A stretch of 32,000 nt of DNA from Nitrososphaerota archaeon. GTDB taxonomy: Archaea; Thermoproteota; Nitrososphaeria; Nitrososphaerales; UBA57. The notes under the pieces were generated by a model, which was given only the letters and a program-made list of their open reading frames with translations, had not been told where the DNA came from and searched no databases. The stretch spans positions 132,708-164,707 of the forward strand of contig VHBL01000002.1 in NCBI GenBank assembly GCA_016871995.1, written 5' to 3'. The position numbers and the translations under genes were made by a program. Within the stretch, counting starts at the first letter, position 1, and each line of letters begins with the position of its first letter. This document shows positions 16,551-26,157 of this stretch, piece by piece.

Positions 16551-19430
16551 TTGCCGATAAATTGGGATTCGATTCAGGACAAATGGAGAAGGCGATGGTC
16601 AGACGCTAAGATTTTCGAAGCAAATCCAGATCCTGCTAAGAAAAAATTCTATATTACAGTTGCTTACCCATACCCAAATTCTCCTCAGCATATAGGGCAT
16701 GGAAGGACGTACACTCTAACAGATGTCTACGCCAGATACAAGAGGATGCAGGGCTTCAACGTGCTGCTGCCTATGGCATTTCATTACACGGGGACGCCAA
16801 TACTTGCGATGTCGAGGAGGATATCAGAAGGAGACCCAGAACTTATAGATACGTTCAGAGAGATTTATGGAGTTTCTGATGATGACATAAAGAAGCTCGG
16901 AGAGCCTATCAACATAGCAAGGTACTTCCATCAAGAAATCAAGAACGGGATGATCGAGATAGGATATTCGATGGACTGGCGGAGAGAATTTACCACTATT
17001 GACCCACAATACAGCAAATTTATCGAGTGGCAGTTCCACAAACTTGCAGAGAAAGGGTACATTACAAGAGGGAGCCATCCTGTAGGCTGGTGCCCGAAAG
17101 ACGGAAATCCCGTTGGCCAGCACGACACTGTTGGCGATGTGGAACCTGAAATCGGGGAGTACACCCTTGTAAAGTTCGACCTTGATGGCTATATCATACC
17201 CACTGCGACATTAAGACCAGAGACTGTCTTTGGAATCACAAATGTATGGATCAACCCAGATGCGAAATACGTTAAGGCAAAACTAGGTAATGAAAAATGG
17301 GTTATTGGTATGGATGCGATACCCAATCTCGAAATTCTTGGTAGCAAGATCACAATAGAGTCGGAGCATACAGGCAGTGAGTTCATCGGCAAATATCTTG
17401 TAAACAGGTTTACAGGCGTGAAAACTGTTATTCTGCCTGCAAAGTTCGTCGACCCGAAGAACGGGACAGGGATCGTGATGTCAGTCCCCGCTCATGCCCC
17501 ATACGACTTTCAAGCGCTAGAAGACCTGAAAAAGGATTACAAGTTCCAAGACATGCTCAAGAGCATAAACTCTATCGTGATAATCTCTTCCGAGAAGTAT
17601 TCTGGTATACCTGCAGCGGAAATAATCAAGGAGATGGGCATTCAGAGACAAGACGATTCTAAACTGGAGGAAGCTACCCAGCAGCTATACACTTATGAAT
17701 TCAGCCTTGGCAAGATGCTCCCGAATACCAGAGAATATGCAGGCCTAGGCGTGCGGGAAACAAGGGATAAGGTCAAAGCGGAGATGCTGAAGACTGGCAA
17801 GGGAACGACTCTCTACACCATAATGAACAGGCCTGTAATCTGCAGGTGCGGAACTGAATGCAAGGTCAAGATTTTCGAGAATCAATGGTTCATCAACTAC
17901 GGCGATTCGAAGTGGAAGGAAACTGCAAGAGAATGTCTTGCTTCAATGGCCTTCCTGCCAGAAGACATAAGGCCCGAATTTCAGTACACTGTGGGATGGT
18001 TAAGAGAGAAGGCTTGTGCAAGGAAGTCTGGGATGGGTACTAAACTTCCATTCGATAAGGAATGGATCATAGAAAGTCTTTCAGACTCGGTAATCTACAT
18101 GGCCTATTACACAATAGCAAGACTCCTGAACCGAAACAAGATAGCTGCAGAACAATTGACAGACGAATTCTTCGACTATGTTTTTCTTGGCCAGGGTGAT
18201 GCTGGAAAAGTTTCAGGAACGACAAAAATAGAAAGAAATGTTATAGAAGAAACTAGGAAAGAGTTTCTGTACTTCTATCCTCTTGACAGCAGGCACTCTG
18301 GCAGGGATTTGGTGCCTAATCATCTGACCTTCTTCATCTTCAACCATTGCGCAATATTTCCTAGGGAGCTTTGGCCCAAGCAGATAGTCGTCAACGGGTC
18401 AATGCTGATGGAGGGGAAGAAGATGTCGAAATCCTTTGGGAATATCATCCCGTTAAGGCAGGCAATAAGATCGTATGGAGCGGACCCTCTAAGAGTTTCG
18501 ATAATGGCTACTGCTGAATTGCTGCAGGACGCGGATTTTGGCAGAGACCTTATCAGAACCTTTACAGAAAGATTGAACAGGTTCTATTCTGTTACACAGG
18601 AGGTTTCGCAGGCGTCAGATATTGAAAAATCGAAACTCTCTGTTGCAGACAAGTGGCTGCTGAGCAGAATCCAGAGGACGATAGCGCTCGCGACGGAAGC
18701 CATGGAGAAGCTAAGGGTCAGAGAAGCTCTACACCATATAGTCTACATACTGGATCAGGATATTGCATGGTACCTTAAGAGAACTGCCAGCCCAGAAAGC
18801 GTGAAGGATTCTGTGCTGAAGTACGTCGTTCAGGCGAGGGTTAGGATGCTCGCACCGTTTGTGCCATATATCTGCGAAGAAGTATGGGAAATGCTGGGCA
18901 ACAGGGATTTCATTGCTACATCTCCGTGGCCTAAAGTTGATGATACGCTATCAGATACGGTTGCTGAAGAAGCTGAAAGTCTGGTCAAGAATGTCTTGGA
19001 TGACGTGCAGAACATACTGAAAGTTACCAAGATGAGTCCGAAGAAAGCGATCCTCTATACGAGCTCGAAATGGAAGTGGCAGGCTTATCTGACAGCGATT
19101 GAGTTAGGAGAGAAAGGAGAATTAAATGTTGGAGCTTTGATCAAAACTCTGCTGAAGGACGAATCGCTGAAGAAAAAGGCGAAAGAAGTATCAGGGTTCT
19201 CCCAGATCCTGGTTGAAGAAGTTTCTATAATGGCTGCTGGCATGAAGAGCAGAAGGAAGGAACTGGGCTCTTTAGATGAAAAACCAGTCCTCCTTGACGC
19301 AAAGAGTTTCTTTGAAGCTGAACTGGGGTGCGAAGTTCAAATTTACTCTGAAGATGACGCTACAATATTTGATCCTAAAGGCAGGGCTGCAAGGGCTAAA
19401 CCATACAGACCTGCGATATTTATTGAGTGA
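16551..19430 (+). CDS. leuS: Leucyl-tRNA synthetase (archaeal type)
   Basis: HIGH-type motif PQHIGHGRTY and a KMSKS motif (GKKMSKSFGN); 959 aa. The TTG start comes 3 codons after the in-frame alaS stop. Confidence 0.95.
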   Translation: MPINWDSIQDKWRRRWSDAKIFEANPDPAKKKFYITVAYPYPNSPQHIGHGRTYTLTDVYARYKRMQGFNVLLPMAFHYTGTPILAMSRRISEGDPELIDTFREIYGVSDDDIKKLGEPINIARYFHQEIKNGMIEIGYSMDWRREFTTIDPQYSKFIEWQFHKLAEKGYITRGSHPVGWCPKDGNPVGQHDTVGDVEPEIGEYTLVKFDLDGYIIPTATLRPETVFGITNVWINPDAKYVKAKLGNEKWVIGMDAIPNLEILGSKITIESEHTGSEFIGKYLVNRFTGVKTVILPAKFVDPKNGTGIVMSVPAHAPYDFQALEDLKKDYKFQDMLKSINSIVIISSEKYSGIPAAEIIKEMGIQRQDDSKLEEATQQLYTYEFSLGKMLPNTREYAGLGVRETRDKVKAEMLKTGKGTTLYTIMNRPVICRCGTECKVKIFENQWFINYGDSKWKETARECLASMAFLPEDIRPEFQYTVGWLREKACARKSGMGTKLPFDKEWIIESLSDSVIYMAYYTIARLLNRNKIAAEQLTDEFFDYVFLGQGDAGKVSGTTKIERNVIEETRKEFLYFYPLDSRHSGRDLVPNHLTFFIFNHCAIFPRELWPKQIVVNGSMLMEGKKMSKSFGNIIPLRQAIRSYGADPLRVSIMATAELLQDADFGRDLIRTFTERLNRFYSVTQEVSQASDIEKSKLSVADKWLLSRIQRTIALATEAMEKLRVREALHHIVYILDQDIAWYLKRTASPESVKDSVLKYVVQARVRMLAPFVPYICEEVWEMLGNRDFIATSPWPKVDDTLSDTVAEEAESLVKNVLDDVQNILKVTKMSPKKAILYTSSKWKWQAYLTAIELGEKGELNVGALIKTLLKDESLKKKAKEVSGFSQILVEEVSIMAAGMKSRRKELGSLDEKPVLLDAKSFFEAELGCEVQIYSEDDATIFDPKGRAARAKPYRPAIFIE

Positions 19431-19501
19431 TTACACAATATCTCATATTTTTTCTTGCATTCTTATCAAAAGAGCATAAATAATCTGTAGAAATTTCTTT
19501 G

Positions 19502-20119
19502 ATGGACTATTTTGCAAGTAATGTGCAATACCTTGCTAGAAGTTTTAGATCAGGCGTCATTATGATTAGCGAGCCCTCAAGGTTTGTAGATTCGTTGGAA
19601 CTTGGGCGGCACGTGCTTTTATGCTACGAAGAGCCAGAGTGGGCCCGTCACTTAGAGTTCCGTATAATTGAAAATGGACTGCTAGAAGGTGAGCACTGCG
19701 TTTACGTTTCGATAGAAGATTCGCCAGAGTTTATAGAAAGCCAGATGGAAGATTACGGGATAGATGTGAAGGGTTTCAAGAAAAAGAAGATGCTTCACAT
19801 ACATAAAGTTGCCAGCCCTATTGATGCAAAGAGCGACCTTCCGACAATAGGCGATGTTCTGTCTAAAGTTCCAAAGCCGTACAGGCTGGTTGGAAGGACT
19901 TACAAACTAGATTCACAAAAGAAAGTCAAGGCTAACCTGGACATTGAAAAGCAGGGGAGTTTCGCAGCTGCGAAATCAATAATGTTTGTCTGTTCATACG
20001 ATATGGGCGACATAGATCTCGATCTGCTGCGGCTATGGCTCCCGAGTGTAATGAAGAAACACCATGACGTTATCTTTGCTCCTCGCACAGGTTTTGGAAT
20101 CGGCATTCCAATGCGGTAA
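19502..20119 (+). CDS. MEDS-domain-like protein (putative sensory/regulatory)
   Basis: ..HVLLCYEEPEW..FRIIENGLLEGEHCVYV.. and ..FVCSYDMGDIDL..HHDVIF fit the MEDS pattern. ATG 19502 is preferred over TTG 19499. A TATA-like gcataaataa lies ~20 nt upstream. Confidence 0.5.
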   Translation: MDYFASNVQYLARSFRSGVIMISEPSRFVDSLELGRHVLLCYEEPEWARHLEFRIIENGLLEGEHCVYVSIEDSPEFIESQMEDYGIDVKGFKKKKMLHIHKVASPIDAKSDLPTIGDVLSKVPKPYRLVGRTYKLDSQKKVKANLDIEKQGSFAAAKSIMFVCSYDMGDIDLDLLRLWLPSVMKKHHDVIFAPRTGFGIGIPMR

Positions 20120-20155
20120 TCAACTTATAAAAGAAAACTGACGCAGAACTAACTG

Positions 20156-21025
20156 ATGCAGAAAAATCTGAATCAGCCCTACAAAGTCATCAAAGGGAAT
20201 CGAGATAACACGATTTCGCTATACCTTATGGATTGCAATAGGGGCATGAAGGAGGTTATAAAAAAGGGAAGTGTTGATGTCGTGGTTACATCCCCTCCAT
20301 ATAACATAGGAAAAGAGTATTCTACTCATGGGGATAATCTGCCCCGCAGAAGCTACCTAGCTTGGATGGAAGAAACAGCGATTAATGTAAAACGCATCTT
20401 GGCAGAGGATGGATCTTTCTTCCTCAATGTTGGGAATACCCCTCGCGATCAATGGATAGCTTGGGATGTAGCACAAGCAATAAGGAAGCACTTTGTCCTT
20501 CAGAACCTTATTCACTGGGTGAAGTCTATTGCAATCAACAAATCAGATGCTGGAAATCATCCGAATATCATCGCAGATGTTGCTGTCGGGCATTTCAAGC
20601 CTATAGTCAGCAGCAGATTCCTGAATGATTGTCATGAGTACATTTTTCATTTTACAAAATCTGGCAATGTTAAGCTGGATAAACTAGCGATTGGAGTTCC
20701 GTATCAGGATAAGACGAATATTGGGAGATGGAAATCGGCAAAGCAAGACAGAAGGGACAGAGGGAATGTTTGGTTCATGCCTTACGAAACTATCCAGAAT
20801 AAAACCCAGCGGCCGCATCCAGCAACTTTTCCTGAAAGGCTCCCTGAAATGTGCATCAGACTGCATGGCATAAGTAGCGGCCTATTGGTTCTTGACCCGT
20901 TCCTCGGGATAGGTTCCTCTGCAATTGCTGCGCTACGATTGGGCGTTTTATTTGTGGGATTTGAGATAGATAAAGGATACATGGCTGAAACTATAGATAG
21001 GCTTTTTGCAATAGGGCGTGATTAG
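20156..21025 (+). CDS. DNA methyltransferase, N4-cytosine/N6-adenine beta-class (SPPY motif), no adjacent endonuclease recognised
   Basis: Motif [11 protein letters not shown] is N-terminal and the AdoMet motif [15 protein letters not shown] is C-terminal, the beta-class order. A TATA-like cttataaaag lies ~22 nt upstream. Confidence 0.8.
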   Translation: MQKNLNQPYKVIKGNRDNTISLYLMDCNRGMKEVIKKGSVDVVVTSPPYNIGKEYSTHGDNLPRRSYLAWMEETAINVKRILAEDGSFFLNVGNTPRDQWIAWDVAQAIRKHFVLQNLIHWVKSIAINKSDAGNHPNIIADVAVGHFKPIVSSRFLNDCHEYIFHFTKSGNVKLDKLAIGVPYQDKTNIGRWKSAKQDRRDRGNVWFMPYETIQNKTQRPHPATFPERLPEMCIRLHGISSGLLVLDPFLGIGSSAIAALRLGVLFVGFEIDKGYMAETIDRLFAIGRD

Positions 21026-21047
21026 AAATTCAGATGGACTTTGAGGA

Positions 21048-21135
21048 AGCCCCAGGCGAGGTTTGAACTCGCGACCTGCTGCTTACGAGGTTCGGCTACA
21101 AGATCAGCCGCTCCACCAGGCTGAGCTACTGGGGC
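21048..21135 (-). tRNA. tRNA-Thr (anticodon CGU) with a 14-nt BHB intron at 21091-21104 (non-canonical position 30/31)
   Basis: Manual cloverleaf: acceptor GCCCCAG/CTGGGGC, D stem GCTC/GAGC, T arm GCGAG-TTCAAAC-CTCGC, discriminator U, CCA not encoded. After removing ATCTTGTAGCCGAA the anticodon arm is GCTGC-CTCGTAA-GCAGC. Confidence 0.85.
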
Positions 21136-21144
21136 ACTCCGAAA

Positions 21145-21184
21145 CTTAGAAAATTTTTGAGTTTAAATATATACGGGGGGAGGG
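21145..21184 (-). promoter_or_regulatory. tRNA-Thr promoter module: C-run + TATA (ccctcccccc-gtatatattt-aaactcaaaaa..ctaag)
   Basis: The TATA-like tatatattta ends 28 nt upstream of the mature tRNA 5' end. The same module recurs at 29445-29477 and 29505-29524. Confidence 0.5.
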
Positions 21185-21198
21185 TACCCATAGAACTA

Positions 21199-22374
21199 CT
21201 ATTTTCCTTGAACCAGAGGCAGAAACCTCTTTAGCTCATTAGTCGTTATAACCTTGAGTATCTTCAGGACGCTCTTCAAGCCTAGAGCCTTCATGAGAGC
21301 AAAGGAATGGAAGTCGAAATCTCCTTCAAGCGACAATGATTCGAGAACTTCCCCAGAGGAAGCCATGGATGCAAAGATTTCATCGATGTGCTTGTTCTCA
21401 AGTTTCTCGAAGATCCTCCTTACCTGCAGTGTAACTGAAAAATCCCTCCCGAACATCGAATCCCACTTTTTCTGATACTCCTGAAGGTATCTGTCGTCTG
21501 TTAGCATAATTGCTCTTGCAGATGCCTGCCCAGCAAGTATACCTCCGACCCCTCCGCTGTATATCCCGCCTGCAGTAGTAGGTTTCGTCTGGCCAGCAGA
21601 GTCTCCAGCACTGACAACATGACCATCGACAAAACTAGCCAGAGGGCCTCCGACGACTATTGGCGCTGCGATCTTCTTTACGACCGTAGCCTTCTTCCTC
21701 TTCACGAATTCGTCAAGGGCCCTGAATGGATTGATGCCGTCGCCAGCCACGCCCACTTTGGCAGTAGTTTCATCAATTGGAATTACCCACGAAAAGAAGC
21801 CGGGGGAAACCCTCTGGTCAAGATACAGCTCAACCTTGTGAGTGTCAAACCATGTTCCATGAACTTCGTATTTGGCTGCCTGAATTACACCATTTCTCCT
21901 CTTCTTTATCAGAGAACTGCAACCCATAGCATCAATAGCAATCTTGCATGTCGCAATCCCTTCATTAGTTTCGACTTCAACCAATTCATTCTGTTTTACG
22001 CCAGTCACTGCTTTTGAAATCTTGATATCGCTGCCATAGCTCCTCGCCGTAGATGCGGCACCCCTGTCAAACTCTGCTCTGTCAAGGACGACGATCTTCT
22101 GCTTCCTAGCGTCTATCTCTATCTTTGTCCCGTTTGGAGAATACAGCAATGCTCCATTGATGTAATTCTGAACCGCCCTCTGCTTTGGAACTATCCCCAA
22201 AGACGTTATACCTTTTGTGCTGACAAGGCCGTCGCACTTTTCAGGCAGACCAATTTCATTGTGCTCTTCAAATACAGTAACTGAGAGGCCTGTAGCCGCA
22301 ACCTCTCTGGCCGCTAACAGACCAGCTATGCTGCCGCCCATCACTATCACATCATAGTCTGCATCTACACTCAA
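21199..22374 (-). CDS. Geranylgeranyl reductase family FAD-dependent oxidoreductase (archaeal lipid saturation type)
   Basis: N-terminal YDVIVMGGSIAGLLAAREVA dinucleotide-binding fold, ..PEKCDGLVS.., ~390 aa. The TTG start is forced by an in-frame TGA 3 codons upstream. Confidence 0.8.
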   Translation of the reverse strand: MSVDADYDVIVMGGSIAGLLAAREVAATGLSVTVFEEHNEIGLPEKCDGLVSTKGITSLGIVPKQRAVQNYINGALLYSPNGTKIEIDARKQKIVVLDRAEFDRGAASTARSYGSDIKISKAVTGVKQNELVEVETNEGIATCKIAIDAMGCSSLIKKRRNGVIQAAKYEVHGTWFDTHKVELYLDQRVSPGFFSWVIPIDETTAKVGVAGDGINPFRALDEFVKRKKATVVKKIAAPIVVGGPLASFVDGHVVSAGDSAGQTKPTTAGGIYSGGVGGILAGQASARAIMLTDDRYLQEYQKKWDSMFGRDFSVTLQVRRIFEKLENKHIDEIFASMASSGEVLESLSLEGDFDFHSFALMKALGLKSVLKILKVITTNELKRFLPLVQGK

Positions 22375-22419
22375 GGCAGCTCAAAGCTTATTGTATGGCA
22401 CTTTTAAGGTATTCAGGAC

Positions 22420-22779
22420 TTGTCACAGGAGTTCAAGCAGGTAATAGCAGTTAGAACCGATATCAAGATGGGCAAAGGAAAGTTAGCGGTTCAGGTAGCC
22501 CATGCTGCGGTAGAAGCATCGTCAATAACGAGGAGCAGGAATAGAACATGGCATGATAGATGGAAGGATGAAGGGCAGGCAAAGGTTGCTGTAAAGGTCG
22601 GCTCCCTTGGGCAGCTTCACGAATTAAAAAGACTGGCGGAGAAGCTGGACCTTCCAACTGCAATAATCGAGGACAGAGGGCTAACTCAATTGGAGCCTGG
22701 TACTACAACGTGCCTTGCCATCGGGCCTGGGCCATCCTCACTAATAGACAAGGTTACTGGAAACCTGAAACTGCTTTAG
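22420..22779 (+). CDS. pth: Peptidyl-tRNA hydrolase, archaeal Pth2 type
   Basis: [26 protein letters not shown] .. [17 protein letters not shown]; 119 aa. The TTG start is forced. Confidence 0.9.
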   Translation: MSQEFKQVIAVRTDIKMGKGKLAVQVAHAAVEASSITRSRNRTWHDRWKDEGQAKVAVKVGSLGQLHELKRLAEKLDLPTAIIEDRGLTQLEPGTTTCLAIGPGPSSLIDKVTGNLKLL

Positions 22780-22788
22780 GGCGTCTTT

Positions 22789-24012
22789 TTGCAAGAAATA
22801 GGGATCGAATGCTATGCTACAGACTCTGCAGGAATTGGCGGCAAGATCAGAGTATCAGCAAATGATTTTGACGTCCAAGAAATCATAGATGATAACATTC
22901 TAAATTCGATAAAGAAGGTATATTCCCAGCAGAGGCTTGCAATATTCACTCTTGAAAAGGAGAATATAGACAGCGTGCATGCAGCAAGAATAGTCAGCAA
23001 GATATTCAACGCAAAGGTCAGAATACTCGGGCTCAAAGATTCCCGCGCCCATACAACACAATATCTTGCTGTGCGCGCGGCAAGAAACATGCAGCCACAA
23101 TTGACTAAAGGCGGCATTAAGCTAGGCCTTCTGGGCTATACGGATGAAAACTTCTCTCCTAGAGCTCTTTTGGGCAATATCTTCAAAATCTGGATCAGAA
23201 GCGTTGCAAATGCTGGGCAATCGAAGAGATATCTTGAATTACTAAAAGAGTCTTTTGAAGCAAGGAAGATACCGAACTTTTACGGAGATCAAAGGTTCGG
23301 AGCGACCAGACCTATTACGCATCTGGTTGGAAGGGCACTTGCGAACGCATCTTTTAGTGATGCCGTAAGAATTCTAGTGGCTGGAGAATCGCCCAACGAC
23401 AGCGCCCAAGTTTCTGAAGCAAGAAAATCTTTTACAGACGGGAGACTTGAGGAAGCTCTGCAAAGTTTTCCAGAAGGATATGACATAGAAAGAGCGCTTA
23501 TCCAATCTCTGATCGAAAAACCAGATGATTACGTTGCAGCACTAAGAAAAATCTCGTTAAGAATCAGGAGGCTGTTCTTGGCAGCATATAGCTCATATGT
23601 CTTCAACAAGGTGCTCTCAAAGGCTATCGACAATAAAGAAAGTTTAGGAGCTAAGGAGGGCGACATATCTGCAGGCCTGTTCCCAGATTACCGCATATCA
23701 ATTCCCTCCGTCCATAATGGCAATAAGCCAAACATGATCCCTATGGTACCCACTTTAGGCTACGGATATTACCCGCGAAATGGAAGGTTTGATAAGATTC
23801 TGCAGGATGTTATGAAAGTAGAACAAGTTGCTCCAAAGATGTTCTATGTCAAAGAGATGCAGGAAACTAGCCTGCGCACAGGGTTAAGAGCCGCACCGCT
23901 TTTGGGAAAGGACCTGACATATCAAATATCCGATTCTGACGCATTCATGAAGTTCTTTCTTGTCAAAGGAGGCTATGCAACGATTCTGCTCAGAGAAGCC
24001 ATGAAATCGTGA
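22789..24012 (+). CDS. truD: tRNA pseudouridine synthase TruD/Pus7 family
   Basis: ..GIGGKIRVSANDFDVQEI.., KDSRAHTTQ and NFYGDQRFG motifs. The TTG start is forced by an in-frame TAG 4 codons upstream. Confidence 0.85.
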   Translation: MQEIGIECYATDSAGIGGKIRVSANDFDVQEIIDDNILNSIKKVYSQQRLAIFTLEKENIDSVHAARIVSKIFNAKVRILGLKDSRAHTTQYLAVRAARNMQPQLTKGGIKLGLLGYTDENFSPRALLGNIFKIWIRSVANAGQSKRYLELLKESFEARKIPNFYGDQRFGATRPITHLVGRALANASFSDAVRILVAGESPNDSAQVSEARKSFTDGRLEEALQSFPEGYDIERALIQSLIEKPDDYVAALRKISLRIRRLFLAAYSSYVFNKVLSKAIDNKESLGAKEGDISAGLFPDYRISIPSVHNGNKPNMIPMVPTLGYGYYPRNGRFDKILQDVMKVEQVAPKMFYVKEMQETSLRTGLRAAPLLGKDLTYQISDSDAFMKFFLVKGGYATILLREAMKS

Positions 24013-24888
24013 TCACTGCAGATAGTATTGATCTTTATCGATTTTGTGCTCAGGGACACCGACGCTGAGCAAGTTATCCTCTATGCCCATGCCTATCTTG
24101 GCGACTCTGCCTTGTTCATCGCGACCCTTACCATTGATAAATGTAGAGCTGCCACAGATGGTGTTGAAAGCATACTTCCAATTCGGCCCTGCATGCTTCT
24201 CCAGAGTGTTTTCCCCTTCTGGCCAGAACCTCCCGCTCCTGAAGATTATTTGTGAGTCGTCAGACTTTGGGATAACATCGGGAGTTTCCCTCGTTATTGT
24301 AAAAACAGCCGTGAAATCCCTAGATTTCTTGACAAGTTCCTTGATTCTTGAAAGGTAGATGATGTCGCCAGTTGTTTTGTTGCTGTCAAAGACAGTAATT
24401 CTGGTCTTCAAGTCTTTATCGAGCTTGTAGCGCATCAGGCTCATAGTAGAGGGGATTCCGCTCCCCGCAGACCAGCAGCATATCTCGTTTTCATTTCCTT
24501 CAAAGAGTTTCTTCATGAACTTGCCTTGAGGGCCATCGAGGGTGCACAAATCGCCAACCTTAGCCTGCTCCAAGAAGTACGGCGCAAAGACTCCTCTCTC
24601 GCTCTTTACCAGAAGCTCGATATGATCTTTTTCGGTAGGAGAAGAAACTGCTGAATATGCCTTTCTTTCTTTTACTCTGACAATCTTGCCACTCCCTACA
24701 ATCCCTTTGACCTTCGGGTCGTACTTCAAACTTTCAGGGCGTTCTATCTCTGATTCAAGCATGAAAAATGCACCTGGCATATAATCGAATAAGCCCTGTG
24801 AATTGCCAACCGGGACGAAGACACACGCTTTTGAATCTTCAGTTTCCCTTGTTATCTTCTCTATTCTAACGGTGTACTTTTGCGGCAA
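24013..24888 (-). CDS. Ferredoxin-NADP reductase-like FAD/NAD(P)-binding oxidoreductase
   Basis: An RKAYSAVSSP (RxYS-type FAD motif), GPQGKF, and a degenerate NAD-binding segment WSAGSGIPSTMS; 291 aa, TTG start. Confidence 0.65.
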   Translation of the reverse strand: MPQKYTVRIEKITRETEDSKACVFVPVGNSQGLFDYMPGAFFMLESEIERPESLKYDPKVKGIVGSGKIVRVKERKAYSAVSSPTEKDHIELLVKSERGVFAPYFLEQAKVGDLCTLDGPQGKFMKKLFEGNENEICCWSAGSGIPSTMSLMRYKLDKDLKTRITVFDSNKTTGDIIYLSRIKELVKKSRDFTAVFTITRETPDVIPKSDDSQIIFRSGRFWPEGENTLEKHAGPNWKYAFNTICGSSTFINGKGRDEQGRVAKIGMGIEDNLLSVGVPEHKIDKDQYYLQ

Positions 24889-24949
24889 TTTTTCGACCCT
24901 GCTCCAAGATGGACAAATAAAACAGTTTCTTAATCGTCTACCGTTTTAT

Positions 24950-25396
24950 TTACGCCAAAGCTTTTCTGAAGTTTTTATCAGATGTTATTACTGGATTAAC
25001 AGGATCTGCCAAGATAACTTCGTACCAGAGATGCTTCCCGTCTTTGTGGACAAAATATGAGCCAAGAACCTTCATGTTAGGATATTTCTCTGCTACTCTC
25101 CTTTCAGCAACTTGCTGCATGTTGACATTCGCTCTCATCCTAGTGACTCCGAGGTGTTTAGGCCTCCTCCCAGCCACAGGCCTCTGCCTCCTCATTCCTC
25201 CCCTTCCTACTTTAATCCGTACTACTGCGATGCCCTTCTTGGCCTTGTACCCCAAGGCCCTCGCTCTCTGCAGCTTCGATGGCCTGTCTACTCTCACAAT
25301 TGTTCTCTGCCTTCTCCATTCTATAGCTCTGGCTCTGATGTCGCCATAGGAATCTTTGGTAATCTTCTGCCAAGTCTGCTCGATGTGCCTGTACAT
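24950..25396 (-). CDS. rpl15e: 50S ribosomal protein L15e
   Basis: MYRHIEQTWQK..RVDRPSKLQRARALGYKAKKG..GRRPKHLGV; 148 aa. Confidence 0.95.
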   Translation of the reverse strand: MYRHIEQTWQKITKDSYGDIRARAIEWRRQRTIVRVDRPSKLQRARALGYKAKKGIAVVRIKVGRGGMRRQRPVAGRRPKHLGVTRMRANVNMQQVAERRVAEKYPNMKVLGSYFVHKDGKHLWYEVILADPVNPVITSDKNFRKALA

Positions 25397-25402
25397 GTTT
25401 CG

Positions 25403-26092
25403 CTACCCTCCAGAAGTTGTTCTGCTTAAACTTATCTTATGCTGCGCTTTCAGGAAGGACGGTATTTCGTAAATGCTCTTTATGTTGTAGTCAGAACGTC
25501 CTTTTTTGGGAGAATCCTCCAGCATGGAATTTCTGAGCATGATAGTTGTCATGCCAACCTTTTCTGCCGTCTCTATCTCCATTTCGTATCTGTCTCCAAC
25601 ATAGGCGCAATCCCGTAGCGAAACATTAAGTTTCTTGGCGATATAGATGTACGGCTCTTCAGACGGCTTGAGTTCAGTTTCTGTGGAAGTTGCCATAATA
25701 TCGAAAGTTCCCTGCGAAATTCCAAGCGCTTCTAATATCTTCCCAACCAGAGGACGGCCTGTATTGGTCAGCAATCCTAGCTTGTAGCCCTTTGCCCGTA
25801 ATTGCTTAAGCATCTTTGCAAGCTTTGTGTCCTTTTTGATGAGTTCTTTGCATGGTACCTTAGCAGCCATTGTAGTGTAAAATTGCGATCTAGAAACTCC
25901 CATCAGCTCTACTCTTCTTGTAAATCCTATAGTGCTCTTTCTTAGCTCTGACATTCTTGCTGACACATCGCTATTCGAGATTTTCAGAATCCTTGACAAA
26001 ATAGATATGGCATACTCGTTGTATGCATCATAGTATCTCTTAGAAGCGTTAATCGTACCATCCAGGTCAAAGATTATCGCCTTTATCGCCAT
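25403..26092 (-). CDS. HAD-superfamily hydrolase (phosphatase-like)
   Basis: Motif I IIFDLDGTI, motif II LLTNTG, motif III/IV ..AYVGDRYEMEI... ATG 26092 is preferred over the upstream TTG 26104. Confidence 0.8.
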   Translation of the reverse strand: MAIKAIIFDLDGTINASKRYYDAYNEYAISILSRILKISNSDVSARMSELRKSTIGFTRRVELMGVSRSQFYTTMAAKVPCKELIKKDTKLAKMLKQLRAKGYKLGLLTNTGRPLVGKILEALGISQGTFDIMATSTETELKPSEEPYIYIAKKLNVSLRDCAYVGDRYEMEIETAEKVGMTTIMLRNSMLEDSPKKGRSDYNIKSIYEIPSFLKAQHKISLSRTTSGG

Positions 26093-26157
26093 TTTTATTC
26101 GCAAAAAGTGCCTTACTTATATTAGGCTTAAAGCATGGCCATCATAGTGTAAAGCAT

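Noticed and set aside
6389-21135. The integrase as part of a tRNA-Thr-targeted island
   Set aside because: About 13 kb of core genes (fusA, srp54, alaS, leuS) separate them. No copy of the tRNA 3' half was found near 19431-19500 or near the integrase.
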